A DNA stretch of 64,000 nucleotides from Macrostomum lignano. Lineage: Eukaryota. The stretch is taken from contig NIVC01002372.1 in NCBI GenBank assembly GCA_002269645.1, forward strand, positions 1-64,000, written 5' to 3'. The translations under genes and the position numbers were made by a program. The notes beneath the pieces were generated by a model. The model was not told where the DNA came from, ran no database searches, and saw only the letters and a list, made by a program, of their open reading frames with translations. Of the stretch, positions 22,559 to 34,198 are shown piece by piece. Numbering within the stretch: position 1 is the stretch's first letter; each line of letters starts with the position of its first letter.

Positions 22559-24586
22559 ATGTCCTGTTTGCTGACCAGCCGCAGGTCCAGCTCAGATTGC
22601 TGGCAGCAGCAGCCCTGCCGATCTCAAACCAGGCGACGTCGCCATAGGAAAAAGCCTGGCGCAGACGAAGCGACGAACTTGTATCAGCGCGTTAAAATGC
22701 GCTTTGAAGAGGAGCAGCAATTGCTAAGCAACTCGCCATTGCCAGCAAAGCTAAGCAAAGAGTTGCAGAAAATTTTTGCGTCGTTGCAATTGAGCGGCGC
22801 TTCAATAAAATTTGCGAGTTCGATTTGTCTGGGGCTTGGCTCGCCAACCGACAGTCGGGATGCTCGACTGCAATTGGCGCTGTGGATGTCTGCGTTGAAG
22901 GATGAAGCCAGCGAGGCTGGAGATAGCGATAAAGATGTGTAAGTCTTGGTTGCGCAAATTTTGTGTGGCCCTGCCGGCTTCTGGGAATGAATAGCTGAGG
23001 CTCCGTGTGTTTCATAACCATAACAGTGGTGTGTGATCGTTTTGATGAGAAACGCTATGGTTTACAGTGTTCTCGTGACTGTACATGTAAATATGTTACG
23101 TATGGGAGCACGAGAAATGCCCGCAGACGATTTGCCCGCAGGAGATTTGCCCGTGGAGATTTGCCCGCCGAGCTTTTCCCGCCGAGATTTGCCCGCCGAG
23201 GTTTGCCCGCAATGCTTTTTTACTGCAGCGCATTTGGCAACTAGATTCTGTCTGTCATTGCCCGGCTCCCCAAAAAAATATGCATTTGATATGCTGTTAC
23301 TATCAAAAAGTTTTGATCGTGCAAATCTCTTTACTAAGATTTATTACATGTAATAAGCATTGGGAAGGCAATGCAGACAAAATCTGCAGTAAAAAAAGCA
23401 TTGCGGGCAAACCTCGGCGGGAAAAGCTCGGCGGGCAAATCTCCACGGGCAAATCTCCTGCGGGCAAATCGTCTGCGGGCAATTCTCATGGACCCGTTAC
23501 GTATTTGAAGCTTAAACTCATTTATTGTTTGATTCAGCATATTTCTGCTGCTCCTGTGATCTCAGGCGGCCCTATGTATCGCTAAATGTTTGTGACTCGG
23601 CATCCTCAGTTGCTGGGCCAGCTTGTCTCAGAGTTTTAGTTACTGGGCCGGCGACGTCGGCAGCCTGCAAGATCCTCAGTTGCTGGGGCACCCTCCAAGA
23701 TGCTCAGTCGCTGGGCCAGCCTCTTAGATCCTCAGTTGCTGGGGCAGCCTCCAAGATCCTCAGTTGCTGGGCCAGCCTCTTAGATCCTCAGTTGCTGGGG
23801 CAGCCTGCAAGATCCTCAGTTACTGGGGCACCCTCCAAGATGCTCAGTTGCTGGGCAAGCCTCACCAGTCTTTAGTTGCTGGGCCAGCCTCTTAGATCCT
23901 CAGTTGCTGAGGCAGCCTCCAAGATCCTCAGTTGCTGGGGCAGCCTCCAAGATCCTCAGTTGCTGGGGCAGCCTCCAAGATCCTCAGTTGCTGGGCCAGC
24001 CTTCCAGAGTGTCAGTTGCTGGGCCAGCCTCCCAGATCCTCATTTGCCCGATTGACCAAAACTTTCCCGATCCCGAAGGCTCGCCGCCTCAGCGCCGCTG
24101 CTGCTAGCCGTGGACCCCGCGTTCACCCCGGAGGACGAGCAGCTGCTCTCCAGTCTGGGGGTGACGGTGGGCGACCCGACATCGGCCGCCAGCCGCTACT
24201 CCGCTTTGCCGCTGCCCTGCCTGGCTTTCCTGCCGCACGCGCCAAATTTTGTAATCAACAATTTTCTATACGAAAACTGGAGCAAGTCGCGTCTCCATGG
24301 ACACGTGTTGCTAGGCAACAGTCTGGCATCGCTTCGAACTAATTTATCTGCGCCGGTACTGAGACAGCTCGGCTACATTGAGTCCGCGGCCGAGGTTTGC
24401 GTCGAAGCTGTGAGCTCCAGCTCTTTGGCCAATCGAGCTGACGAATTTTTCACCGCATTTAACGACATCAGTTTGCAATGGTTTCCCAAGATTGAGAAAG
24501 ATTTCATTGGCGAAGTTGAGTCCAGTCTTGGCGAGCCGGTTTACGATTGTGCCGATGACAGACTGAAGGATCTGCTGGGATTTTAG
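22559..24586 (+). CDS. SRRD: SRR1-like protein (SRRD)
   Basis: Exons 22559 (or acceptor at 22585)-22938 and 24079-24586, phase 2. Motifs ICLGLGS...ARLQLAL, VDPAF...LLSSLGVTV, FLPHAP...NNFLYENWS...VLLGNS and AFNDISLQWFP match the SRR1 family. The true start may lie in an upstream exon. Confidence 0.88.
23104..23495. mobile_element. Mutator/foldback-like MITE with long TIRs built of 14-15-bp subrepeats, in the SRRD intron
   Basis: ~125-bp inverted arms (gagatttgcccgc repeats / gcgggcaaatctc); perfect 9-bp TSD gttacgtat (23095-23103, 23496-23504). Confidence 0.85.
23601..24042 (+). repeat. 28-bp minisatellite, array 3 (more diverged)
   Basis: Same family; in the SRRD intron, ending ~38 bp before the acceptor. 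Confidence 0.9.
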
Positions 24587-24606
24587 ATCCCTACCTAATC
24601 GAACAT

Positions 24607-24735
24607 CGCCCTCTGTGAATCGCCCCTGAAAATCGCCCTCTGTGAATCGCCCCTGAAAATCGCCCTCTGTAAATCGCCCCTGAAAATCGCCCTCTGTGAA
24701 TCGCCCCTGAAAATCGCCCTCTGGGAATCCCCCTA
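24607..24735. repeat. 27-bp (14+13) repeat aatcgccctctgtgaatcgcccctgaa
   Basis: Begins ~20 bp after the SRRD stop. Confidence 0.9.
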
Positions 24736-25181
24736 AAAATTACCTCTTGAAATCTCCGCCACTGCAAGTCACCATTCTCTGTCAACGCTTTGACCTTTGA
24801 CCTCTCATTGATACGTTAGCCTAAAAAGTCGTTAAAGTCTAGAATCACTGAGACGTGTTTTTTAGAGATTTTGTTAACGATCAGCTTACTCATAGAAAAT
24901 ATTTAGCTCGTTATGAGGATTTGACGAAAAAAATACACCATCTTTGTTAACTACATTCGCTTACCTGGTTTTTACTAGATAAACTGAACCCGGTCTTGCT
25001 TGACGAACTTATTTGGTTTTTTTTACACCTGTCATAGTATCTAAGGTAATTTTGTTCCAGCTCTGATAGACGATAAGTCCGCAACTATCCACCTCTATAA
25101 CTTCTGAGGGCTGCTATCTGCGAATCTTGTGCATGCTTATTGAATGCAAATATAGTTTGTCTGATGTTGCTCTTGGTTGCC

Positions 25182-26617
25182 ACCAGCCTCCCAGAAGTCC
25201 CAGATCCTCTATTTTTGGGCCAGCCTCCCAGATCCTCAGTTGCTGGGCCAGCTTCTCAGATCCTCAGTTGCTGGGCCAGCCTTTCAGATACTCAGTTGCT
25301 GGGCCAGCCTTTCAGATCTTCAGTTGCTGGGCCAGCCTCCCAGATCCTCAGTTGCTGGGCCAGCTTCTCAGATCCTCAGTTGCTGGGCCAACCTCCCAGA
25401 TCCTCAGTTGCTGGGCCAGCCTCCCAGATCCTCAGTTGCTGGGCCAGCCTTTCAGATACTCAGTTGCTGGGCCAGCCTTTCAGATCTTCAGTTGCTGGGC
25501 CAGCCTCCCAGATCCTCAGTTGCTGGGCCAGCTTCTCAGATCCTCAGTTGCTGGGCCAGCCTCCCAGATCCTCAGTTGCTGGGCCAGCTCCCAGATCCTC
25601 AGTTGCTGGGCCAGCCTTCCAGATCCCCAGAGTTGCTGGGCCAGCCTTCCAAATCCCCAGAGTTGCTGGGCCAGCCTTCCAGATCCCCAGAGTTGCTGGG
25701 TCAGCCTCCCAGATCCGCTCAGTTACTGGGCCAGCCTTCCCCAGATCCTCAGAGTTGCTGGGCCAGCCTTCCAAATCCCAGAGTTGCTGGGCCAGCCTTC
25801 CAGATCCCAGAGTTGCTGGGCCAGCCTTCCAGATCCCCAGAGTTGCTGGGCCAGCCTTTCAAATCCCCAGAGTTGCTGGGCCAGCCTTCCAAATCCCCAG
25901 AGTTGCTGGGCCAGCCTTCCAGATCCCCAGAGTTGCTGGGCCAGCCTTCCAGATCCCCAGAGTTGCTGGGCCAGCCTCCCAGATCCTCAGTTGCTAGGCC
26001 AGTCTCCCAGATCCAGAGTTGCTGGACCAGCCTCCCAGATCCTCAGTTGCTGGGCCAGCCTCCCAGATCCTCAGTTGCTAGGCCAGTCTCCCAGATCCAG
26101 AGTTGCTGGACCAGCCTCCCAGATCCTCAGTTGCTGGGCCAGCCTCCAAGCTCCTCAGTTGCTGGGCCAACCTCCCAGATCCTCAGTTGCTGGGCCAGCC
26201 TCCCAGATCCTCAGTTGCTGGGCCAGCCTCCCAGATCCTCAGTTGCTGGGCCAGCCTCCCAGATCCTCAGTTGCTGGGCCAGCCTCCCAGATCCTCAGTT
26301 GCTGGGCCAGCCTCCCAGATCCTCAGTTGCTGGGCCAGCCTCCCAGATCCTCAGTTGCTGGGCCAGCCTCCCAGATCCTCAGTTGCTGGGCCAGCCTCCC
26401 AGATCCTCAGTTGCTGGGCCAGCCTCCCAGATCCTCAGTTGCTGGGCCAACCTCCCAGATCCTCAGTTGCTGGGCCAGCCTCCCATATCCTCTGTTGCTG
26501 GGCCAGCCTCCCAGATCCTCAGTTGCTGGGCCAGCCTCCCAGATCCTCAGTTGCTGGGCCAACCTCCCAGATCCTCAGTTGCTGGGCCAGCCTCCCAGAT
26601 CCTCAGTTGCTGGGCCA
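25182..26617 (+). repeat. 28-bp minisatellite, array 4, with an internal 30-bp variant block (~25610-25980)
   Basis: Same family; the largest array. Confidence 0.95.
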
Positions 26618-26912
26618 CCGCTGCCCTTCGAGTTATTTAGTAATACCACTAATAATACTTGTAGAAGACAGAGGTTTACGTTCAAATGAATGAGATATAT
26701 AATTCGGTGCCTGATTAAGTATAAGTTGACTGTATAAATTAGACTGGATATAAGTTGATTCAAGCAAAAACTGTAATAAAACTCTGCTGAGATCGCACAA
26801 TCGAATTGAAATTCCAATCAATTGAATTTGGCAGCAGTATACACCGCACTGCGGATTTGTATGCATATTGCATACTCGAACTTGGAACAGCCACCGGGTC
26901 CGCAGGTCCGCT

Positions 26913-29900
26913 ATGCGTCGCTTCAGCCAGCAGTTTCGAATTCCAACGGAAGCGCCCAGTCTCGAGCAGCTGTCGGCCACGGCTCGCGCCCTGGGTCTTG
27001 AGCTGCCCAGCAACCAGCTTACCGACTATCGCGCCCTCGTGCGCTCATTCCTGGCTGCATTTCGCCAAGTCGACGACATGGCGTCCAAAGAGGATTATGG
27101 GACTGCTATCCCTAGGAAGATGGATGGAATAAGGCTTATTAGAAAGTTCTGGAAGCCCGACCCCAATCCCGGAAATGCCTGGGTCACCAGGTGCGAAATC
27201 TCTGGCTCACTTTTGAGCAGCAGCAGACTTGAATCGCCTTCACCCCTGGCTGGCAAGCGAGTGGCTGTCAAGGATTGCATCTCTGTGGCCGGACTGCCAA
27301 TGACCTGCGGCTCTGAGCTGCTGCTCGCCAATGTCCCGACTCCGATGCCACCGTTGTTAGTCGGGTGCTTCAAGCCGGAGCTACGATTGTTGGCAAAGCT
27401 ACCTGTGAGGAGTTTTGCTTCAGGTGAGCGAGACTTGATTAGTGTTGGGAGCTTGTAAACAGGTGTGTTCTGGAAGGCCAAGGATGACTCAGCAACATCG
27501 AAAAGTCGCCGCCCTTTGCCCCCATGAGCCGTGTCTTTCCACCAGCGTCGATCACCTGGCCAACCATTTTGATATTTAAAAAATGCTTGAAAAAACAATG
27601 AAAACCGCACGGGCGGAAGCTTCCATCAATCCATCCAATCTTCGCCCTCCGCTCTTCCCAATCCGCGTGGCGCAAGTTGAGTCACTGAAAAGTCAATACC
27701 GCGAGCAAGACTTTAATTTTGTTGAGTATATACTCAGCCACATTGAAAAGTCGCCAATATATCGCGCCACTCCAGTGAGCAATTTCTCTTGGACTGTTTT
27801 GAAATAAAAGATACGAGAAAACTGATCGGGGCAGCTTTTATCCGCGACCAAAGACAGAATCTTCTGTGTTAGCGACTTTTCAATGTTGCTAAGTATACTT
27901 CTGCGGCGAAGCTACCTGAGAGATTTGCGACTCAAAGATGAAATATCAGTGTCCGTTTAGAAAGAACTGGCTCAGTGTACAGCGGCCCGCCGACTTTCCA
28001 ATCGACTGTACACCATCTGTGCCATGGGGGTCGGCCTTCATGGGTGTAAGTCGAAGGACGCCCCTACGTTAACGACGTGTGAAATTTTGAGCTAGTCAAA
28101 CTGCTTACCCAAAAGTTACGCATCAGTTGGTGAACAAGCTGCACCTTAACAACTATTTTGCTCAGCGGCGGCAGTCACACGGGCTACCCGGGTCCCGTGT
28201 CGAACCCGCACGATCCCGACCGCACCGCCGGCGGCTCCAGCTCCGGCTGCGCTCGCCTGCTCGCCGTGGGCGACGAAGTCGACCTCGCCCTGGCCACGGA
28301 TCAGGGCGGCTCGGCCCGCACCCCGGCTGCCTGGTGCGGCGTTGTCGGATTGAAGCCGAGTTACGGCCTGGTGCCCTACACAGGGACGGCGTCCATGTGT
28401 CGCCGGCTCGATCACATCGGCCTCATGGCTCGGACAGTGGCCGAAATTGGACAGCTCCTGGCCGTTCTAGCCGGACCAGACGGATTGGACGGTCGACAGT
28501 TGACGGTGGACGAGTCCGAGTTGCTGAAGTCGTCACCGAAGGCGTCACTGTTGAATGGAGACTTGAGAAAGTATAGGTGAGAGCGCTGTGCTTTGTTAGT
28601 GTGGTTTAAAGTGCATTTTCTCTAAAAGTATCAATTCATACTTATACAGACTGTAATTTTGTAATTTTCTAAAAGTTCTTTATGTACTTTTCTAATGTAT
28701 TACTTTGTACTTTTATAGTGTCGTATGTACTTTTATGATGTACCGTTTTGTACTTTTCTAAAATGTAACTTTGTACTTTCTAGAGTATCATCCTGTTCTG
28801 TAATAAGCGTCATTTTTCATTTTGAGTACTTATAAAGTTTTATTTTTGGTTTTTATATTATAATTTTCCCGTGTCATTGTTTCAACAGTGTTATTTTATC
28901 CAGTTAGAAAGTTCCAGTAATACTTATTCACTATTTCTTTAATTATGCAGCTTCGTAAAATGTTGGAAGAACTGAAACGATTTTGAATGACACGTTAACC
29001 AGTTTTACTGTCTAGCATTTTATACTTGTAGGCTGTAGCTAATGCGCTTTGATGTATTTTGATGCATCCAATGCTCCACGCAGATTTGCTCTGCTAGCCG
29101 AAGGCTTCGTTGGCAAGGACGCCGAAGTTGACGCCGCGGTTCGTTCGGCCCTTGATAGAATTTTCCAAGCCTCTGACGGCGGCGGCGGCGACGGCGGCTG
29201 TCCCGTCGTGTCCGTGCCGCGGCACCGTCGAGCGCACCGCTTCGTCAGCTGTCTGTCGCTGCTGAAGGGCTTCGGTTAGTTGCTGAGTGCTGAGTGCTGA
29301 GTGCTGAATGCTGAGTACTGAATGCTGAGTGCTGAATGCTGAGTACTGAATGCTGAGTGCTGAATGCTGAGTACTGAATGCTGAGTACTGAATGCTGAGT
29401 GATTAATGCTGAGTGATTAATGCTGAGTACTGAATGCTGAGTGATGAATGCTGAGTGCCGAGTGCTGAATTCTGAGTGCTGAGTGATGAATGCTGAGTGC
29501 TGAGTGCCGAGTGCTGAATGCTGAGTGATAAATGCTGAATGCTGAGTGATAAATGCTGAATGCTGAGTGATGAATGATGAATGCTGAGTGCTGAGTGATG
29601 AATGCTGAATGCTGAATGATACTTGTAAATGCTGAGTATAATAATGATTAATAATAGTTTATTACACCTGCCCCTCATGGGCAGATTTGCAACCGACAGC
29701 TCAGCCGCAGCTATTGCGCGGCGCATCTGAAGGCTGCGTACGGCTGTTCAGTCCAAGGACTTAGGGGTCGCCACACACCCTCAGTTACCCCAGCCAATGC
29801 TGGCACCCATTTTACAGCTGGGTGAACTGAAGCAAGTGCTCAAAGACACAAATTGTTCTAGTGGGATCGGGAATCAAACCTACGACATTTCAGTCGCGAG

Positions 29901-30593
29901 TTCGCCGCTCTGACCACTGGGCTACAACCCTCTATACAACCACCATGGGTGCTGAATTCTGAGTGCTGAGTGCTGAATGTGAAATACCGATTATCGAGTA
30001 CTGCATTCTAAGTTTGATTTCGCCCCGCAGAAGAACGGCGAGCCTCCACACCTGGCCAGCACCTGCCCCACCTGCCCAGCCTGTGGCCAACCAGCTCCTC
30101 TGGCTCTCTGGCCGCCGCCACTTTGAATGCCGATTGTCGCCGACATCTTGTCGATATTTGCGTCGATCTAGCCGATCGACTTCGGCGCGAATACGACTGC
30201 GCCGCTTTTAAACAATTCGACTTTTTGTTGATGCCCACCCTGCCTTACCGACCGCCGGTTCTGCCGCCGCCGTTTAAATATGTTTCCGGTAACACTTCCG
30301 GTGCTACTTCCGGTTTCGATTCTGGTTCCGTTTCCGGTTCTACTTCCGGTTTTGGTTCTGCTTCCGGTTCCGCTTCCGTTGGCGAAACTTTCGCGGCCGC
30401 GTTCGGCATGATGGGCAATACGCAACCATTTTGCGCCACTGGGCATCCGGCGGTAAGCGTCAATTGCGGCTCGGTTGCCAACGGAGCACTTCCGGTCGGC
30501 CTCATGCTGGTTGCCAGACGATGGGACGATTGGCGACTGTTGGACGCTGCACTGGGAGTGGAACGGCTGCTCGGAAGATTTGCTGCACCCTGA
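26913..30593 (+). CDS. Amidase-signature family enzyme of the Rhodococcus/nitrile-hydratase-associated (CX3C) type, ~558 aa; one apparent 1-nt deletion at 27336-27337
   Basis: Exons 26913-27423, 28166-28576, 29084-29274 and 30031-30593 (phases 2, 2, 1). Motifs: [10 protein letters not shown] (Lys), [37 protein letters not shown] (cis-Ser), [30 protein letters not shown] (Ser), [30 protein letters not shown]. Confidence 0.9.
27487..27894. mobile_element. Possible MITE in amidase intron 1
   Basis: 23-bp inverted repeats with 21/23 match (actcagcaacatcgaaaagtcgc / gcgacttttcaatgttgctaagt); no TSD found. Confidence 0.4.
29281..29625. repeat. 7-bp microsatellite (tgctgag/tgctgaa) in amidase intron 3
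   Basis: Directly visible; starts 6 bp after the donor. Confidence 0.95.
29638..29935 (-). mobile_element. tRNA-derived SINE, copy 1
   Basis: Homologous to 55455-55770. On the minus strand it has a tRNA-like head with B-box-like gtttgattcc, a cacccagctgtaaaatgggtgcc core and a (tat)n-like tail. Confidence 0.75.
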
Positions 30594-30643
30594 TTTGAGG
30601 GTAAAAGCGGTGTAACTCTTGATCGACGCCCAATGACACGCTC

Positions 30644-31505
30644 CACCAGAATCGACCTCCACCAGAATCGACCTCCACCAGAATCGACCTCCACCAGAAT
30701 CGACCTCCACCAGAAACGACCTCCACCAGAATCGACCTCCATCAGAATCGACCTCCATCAGAATCAACCTCCACCAGAATCGATCTCCACCAGAATCGAC
30801 CACCAGAATCGATCTCCATCAGAATCGATCTCCACCAGAATCGATCTCCACCAGAATCGATCTCCATCAGAATCGACCTCCACCAGAATCGATCTCCACC
30901 AGAATCGATCTCCACCAGAATCGATCTCCATCAGAATCGACCTCCACCAGAATCAACCTCTATCAGAATCGATCTCCACCAGAATCGATCTCCATCAGAA
31001 TCGATCTCCACCAGAATCAACCTCTATCAGAATCGATCTCCACCAGAATCGATCTCCATCAGAATCGATCTCCACCAGAATCGATCTCCACCAGAATCGA
31101 CCTCTATCAGAATCGACCTCCATCAGAATCGACCTCCACCAGAATCGTCCTCCATCAGAATCGACCTCCATCAGAATCAACCTCCATCAGAATCGACCTC
31201 CACCAGAATCGATCTCCACCAGAATCGACCTCTATCAGAATCGACCTCCATCAGAATCGACCTCCACCAGAATCGTCCTCCATCAGAATCGACCTCCACC
31301 AGAATCGACCTCCATCAGAATCAACCTCCATCAGAATCGACCTCCATCAGAATCAACCTCCATCAGAATCGACCTCCACCAGAATCGACCTCCACCAGAA
31401 TCAACCTCCATCAGAATCGACCTCCACCAGAATCGACCTCCATCAGAATCGACCTCCACCAGAATCGACCTCCACCAGAATCGACCTCCATCAGAATCGA
31501 CCTCC
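30644..31505. repeat. 16-bp minisatellite (ccagaatcgacctcca), ~54 copies
   Basis: Begins ~50 bp after the amidase stop. Confidence 0.95.
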
Positions 31506-32374
31506 TCCTCGAACTGTACACTGTTTGTCAAAAGTGCAAAATGCAGTAACAATATTAAAACTAAAATCTGCATCTATAATTTTAACCAATGATTGGCTTT
31601 TTATTTTAACCAGGGTTGGGAGTTGTCGCTCGGTTGTACCATAGACTAAATTTCCCCTTATTCTGGAGACGAGAATCCATCATTTGAATTTCAATAACAG
31701 GGAATGTCGTACAATTTGCGTGGTTGAAAATTAGCAATCCAGGTAGAATTTATCATTCTGGGTACGAAATATAGCACTGAGCTGCAAAAAGATAACTTGA
31801 GAAAGCTGAAAATTATAGACTGATGAGCAGATATATACTTTTTTATTCTATGATAATTATAAACAAGCCAATGAGTTCTATAATTAGCATCTGGAGTGAA
31901 AACGAGTTTTTCACTTTTACTTCATGAGGCCACGCAGTTTGCAAACCTCATTTAGTCTTTTTGCGAGTAGCATAGACAGAGTCAGACAGAGTCATAGCCA
32001 TTGTACATACACTTACACCTGCACACAATTGAAGCAATTTTTGGTCATTGTAATTATACTTATACCCAGACGTAATAACAAAATATTTTGGCCATTATTC
32101 CACACTTTTTAGGTTCTAGGCCATAGGCATACGGATTTGAAATAACGTAGCTGTTATTAAGTGTATTTTAACAGATAAACCCGTGAACCATTTGACAGTT
32201 GAGGTAGGCTTCCTTGAAATATATATACTTATTATTTGATATCGAACGAATTCAATGTTGAAAAAGCCAAATTGCATGAAAAAAAAATAAATTAAGCTGA
32301 ACTTTTGCAAAACACTTTATCAGTTTGTAGTCAACATTTTGCAGCGAGTGTTTACTTACTCGCCCCGAAATTAA

Positions 32375-34198
32375 AGGTGCAGTTCTCAAAGCGGCAGTTC
32401 CCTAATATGCTAAACACCAGACCCTGGCTATTTAGCACTGCAAATACAAGAATAATTTTTTATTGAATTAGGCTTCTCAAGTTTTCTACTAATAACAGCT
32501 CTCGGTGACTGCATGGCTGCCTGACTTAGCGCTAGATACATGTAGATGCACTTCTTGGCTTGTGGTGACAAGTTCATTTGGGGATTTCGTTTTGGCGCTG
32601 GTCTCCAGACTGGGAGTCTTTTTGACTGTCGGTTGCTCGGCTGAGTCTATTGAGCGCTCCAAGGCACCGCATATAGCCGTCGAAGCGGTGAAGACTGTTC
32701 GTTCGCGTTTTCTTGCTAGGTAGCGCTGCACAGTTCGTTCACTTTTTTGCCCGGTAATACACATAATGTCACTCAGGCTATGACCCTTCTCTTTCAGGTC
32801 AGCGATCCTCGTCACTCGTATGCAATGGTTGGTGTAATCTCGAGACAAGCTGCACCGCTGGCTCAGGCGTTTCATCAGAGAGTTAAACCAATTTATGCCT
32901 CGTACTTGTTGAGTAGAGAAGCGCAGGTTACTAGCCTTTTCGTTCGGTAGAGGTGGTGGGAACAGACTGCCTTCTTTGCAATCTGCTGGGAGTAGCGATA
33001 TTTATTTTCCCACGAGGTCCCGCTCCTTTCCATACAGCCTCGCTTGCTTTGACGTGTCGTCCTTGCAACGCGTTGGGTCAGAAATTTGGTTCTTTGTGGG
33101 CAGATTCCGGAGCGCAAAGTATAGGCTCTACCATCGGCATCCACCACCTGCTCTACCAGACTGCTCGTAGACTTCAGTGCCGGCAAATGCTCCTGCCCAC
33201 GCTCCCCGCAGACATACAAAATAGTGAACACAACTTCCTCCTAAAGCTTCTCAGTGGTACTCCGATCAAAATAGCCTCTCAGCTTAATTAGATCGCCTTC
33301 CTCGATCGCTTCAAATTGTTTTGTTGTGCCACCAGCATTGTGAAACTCTCGTACCTTGACCCTGAGCATGCGATTCGCACTTGCAAACCTTTCTAAGTTT
33401 CTCCTCCTACGATGTTGATCGACCGCTTCAGAATAAGGTTAAAGTACCGGTGAATCGCGGCACGAATGCATACGAGACTCGATGGCGAATAAATTCCACC
33501 GTCCTGCTTTTTCATACCGAAATAAAAGTATCGCAAATACTCGTTGAGCTTCGATGCCTCCATTGTCGTTGGCAACTCTGGGGTGTTCTCGGTGAGAAAT
33601 TGAACGAACGCCTCGCCGTGCCGATTCATCTGTTCAACCGTTGATTTCGAAAGTGACTGTAGCTCAGCGCTATCCATTGTCGAGATCAACTGCTCATTGA
33701 AGCCATCCACTTTCGGCAGGTCCGGCAGTTCTTCAGTTCCGTGGTCGTTCTCAATCCAATCAATGAAATCCCGCCAGGCCTGGTCATCGTGATGGTCCGT
33801 CGAACTAAGCTCAGACAGCAGTTGCAACTCGTCCATCTTGACTCCGTTTAGCGAGTTTAGCGAGGGAAGATGTTTCCAATTACGAGCGCAGCCATAGTTG
33901 CTTTGTAGAGAGAGAGTTTTAATTTTTGAGAATCGCATAAAATTATAATCAAAGACAGACTTTGAGGAAACTGTTTTGTCTATGGCCCATCTAAGTACTT
34001 GTATATGGTTGACCTCGTATAGCTCTCGTGTGTTTCGTCTATGGTAAACTAAATCGCAAAACAGCCAATAGCACCGGAGCCAAAAAGTGTTGAATAATGA
34101 CAGCGACAAAAGTGCTAAATAATGACCGCAAAGTGTGGAATAATGCCATGACGCTGGGTAAAAGTATAAATGTACCCAAAATACCCAAAATGAAACGT
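32375..34198 (-). mobile_element. Crypton DNA transposon (tyrosine recombinase), defective; coding region ~32489-33836
   Basis: Motifs LNEYLRYFYFGMKKQDGGIYSPSSLVCIRAAIHRYF, FASANRML, CGERGQE (Arg), GINWFNSLMKRLS, YTNHCIRVT (HxxR) and IMCITGQKSERTVQRY (Tyr). Frameshifts at ~33385 and ~33075; internal stop at ~33002. Confidence 0.85.

Noticed and set aside
21387-22647. Long ORFs (327-365 aa) in all three plus frames
   Set aside because: They are translations of the stop-free 28-bp minisatellite; open in all frames with no codon-position bias.
25127-26693. 520-aa, 487-aa and 285-aa ORFs
   Set aside because: Same minisatellite artefact.
30633-31592. 319-aa ORF (TRIDLHQNRPPPES repeats) and its antisense ORFs
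   Set aside because: Translation of the 16-bp minisatellite after the amidase stop.
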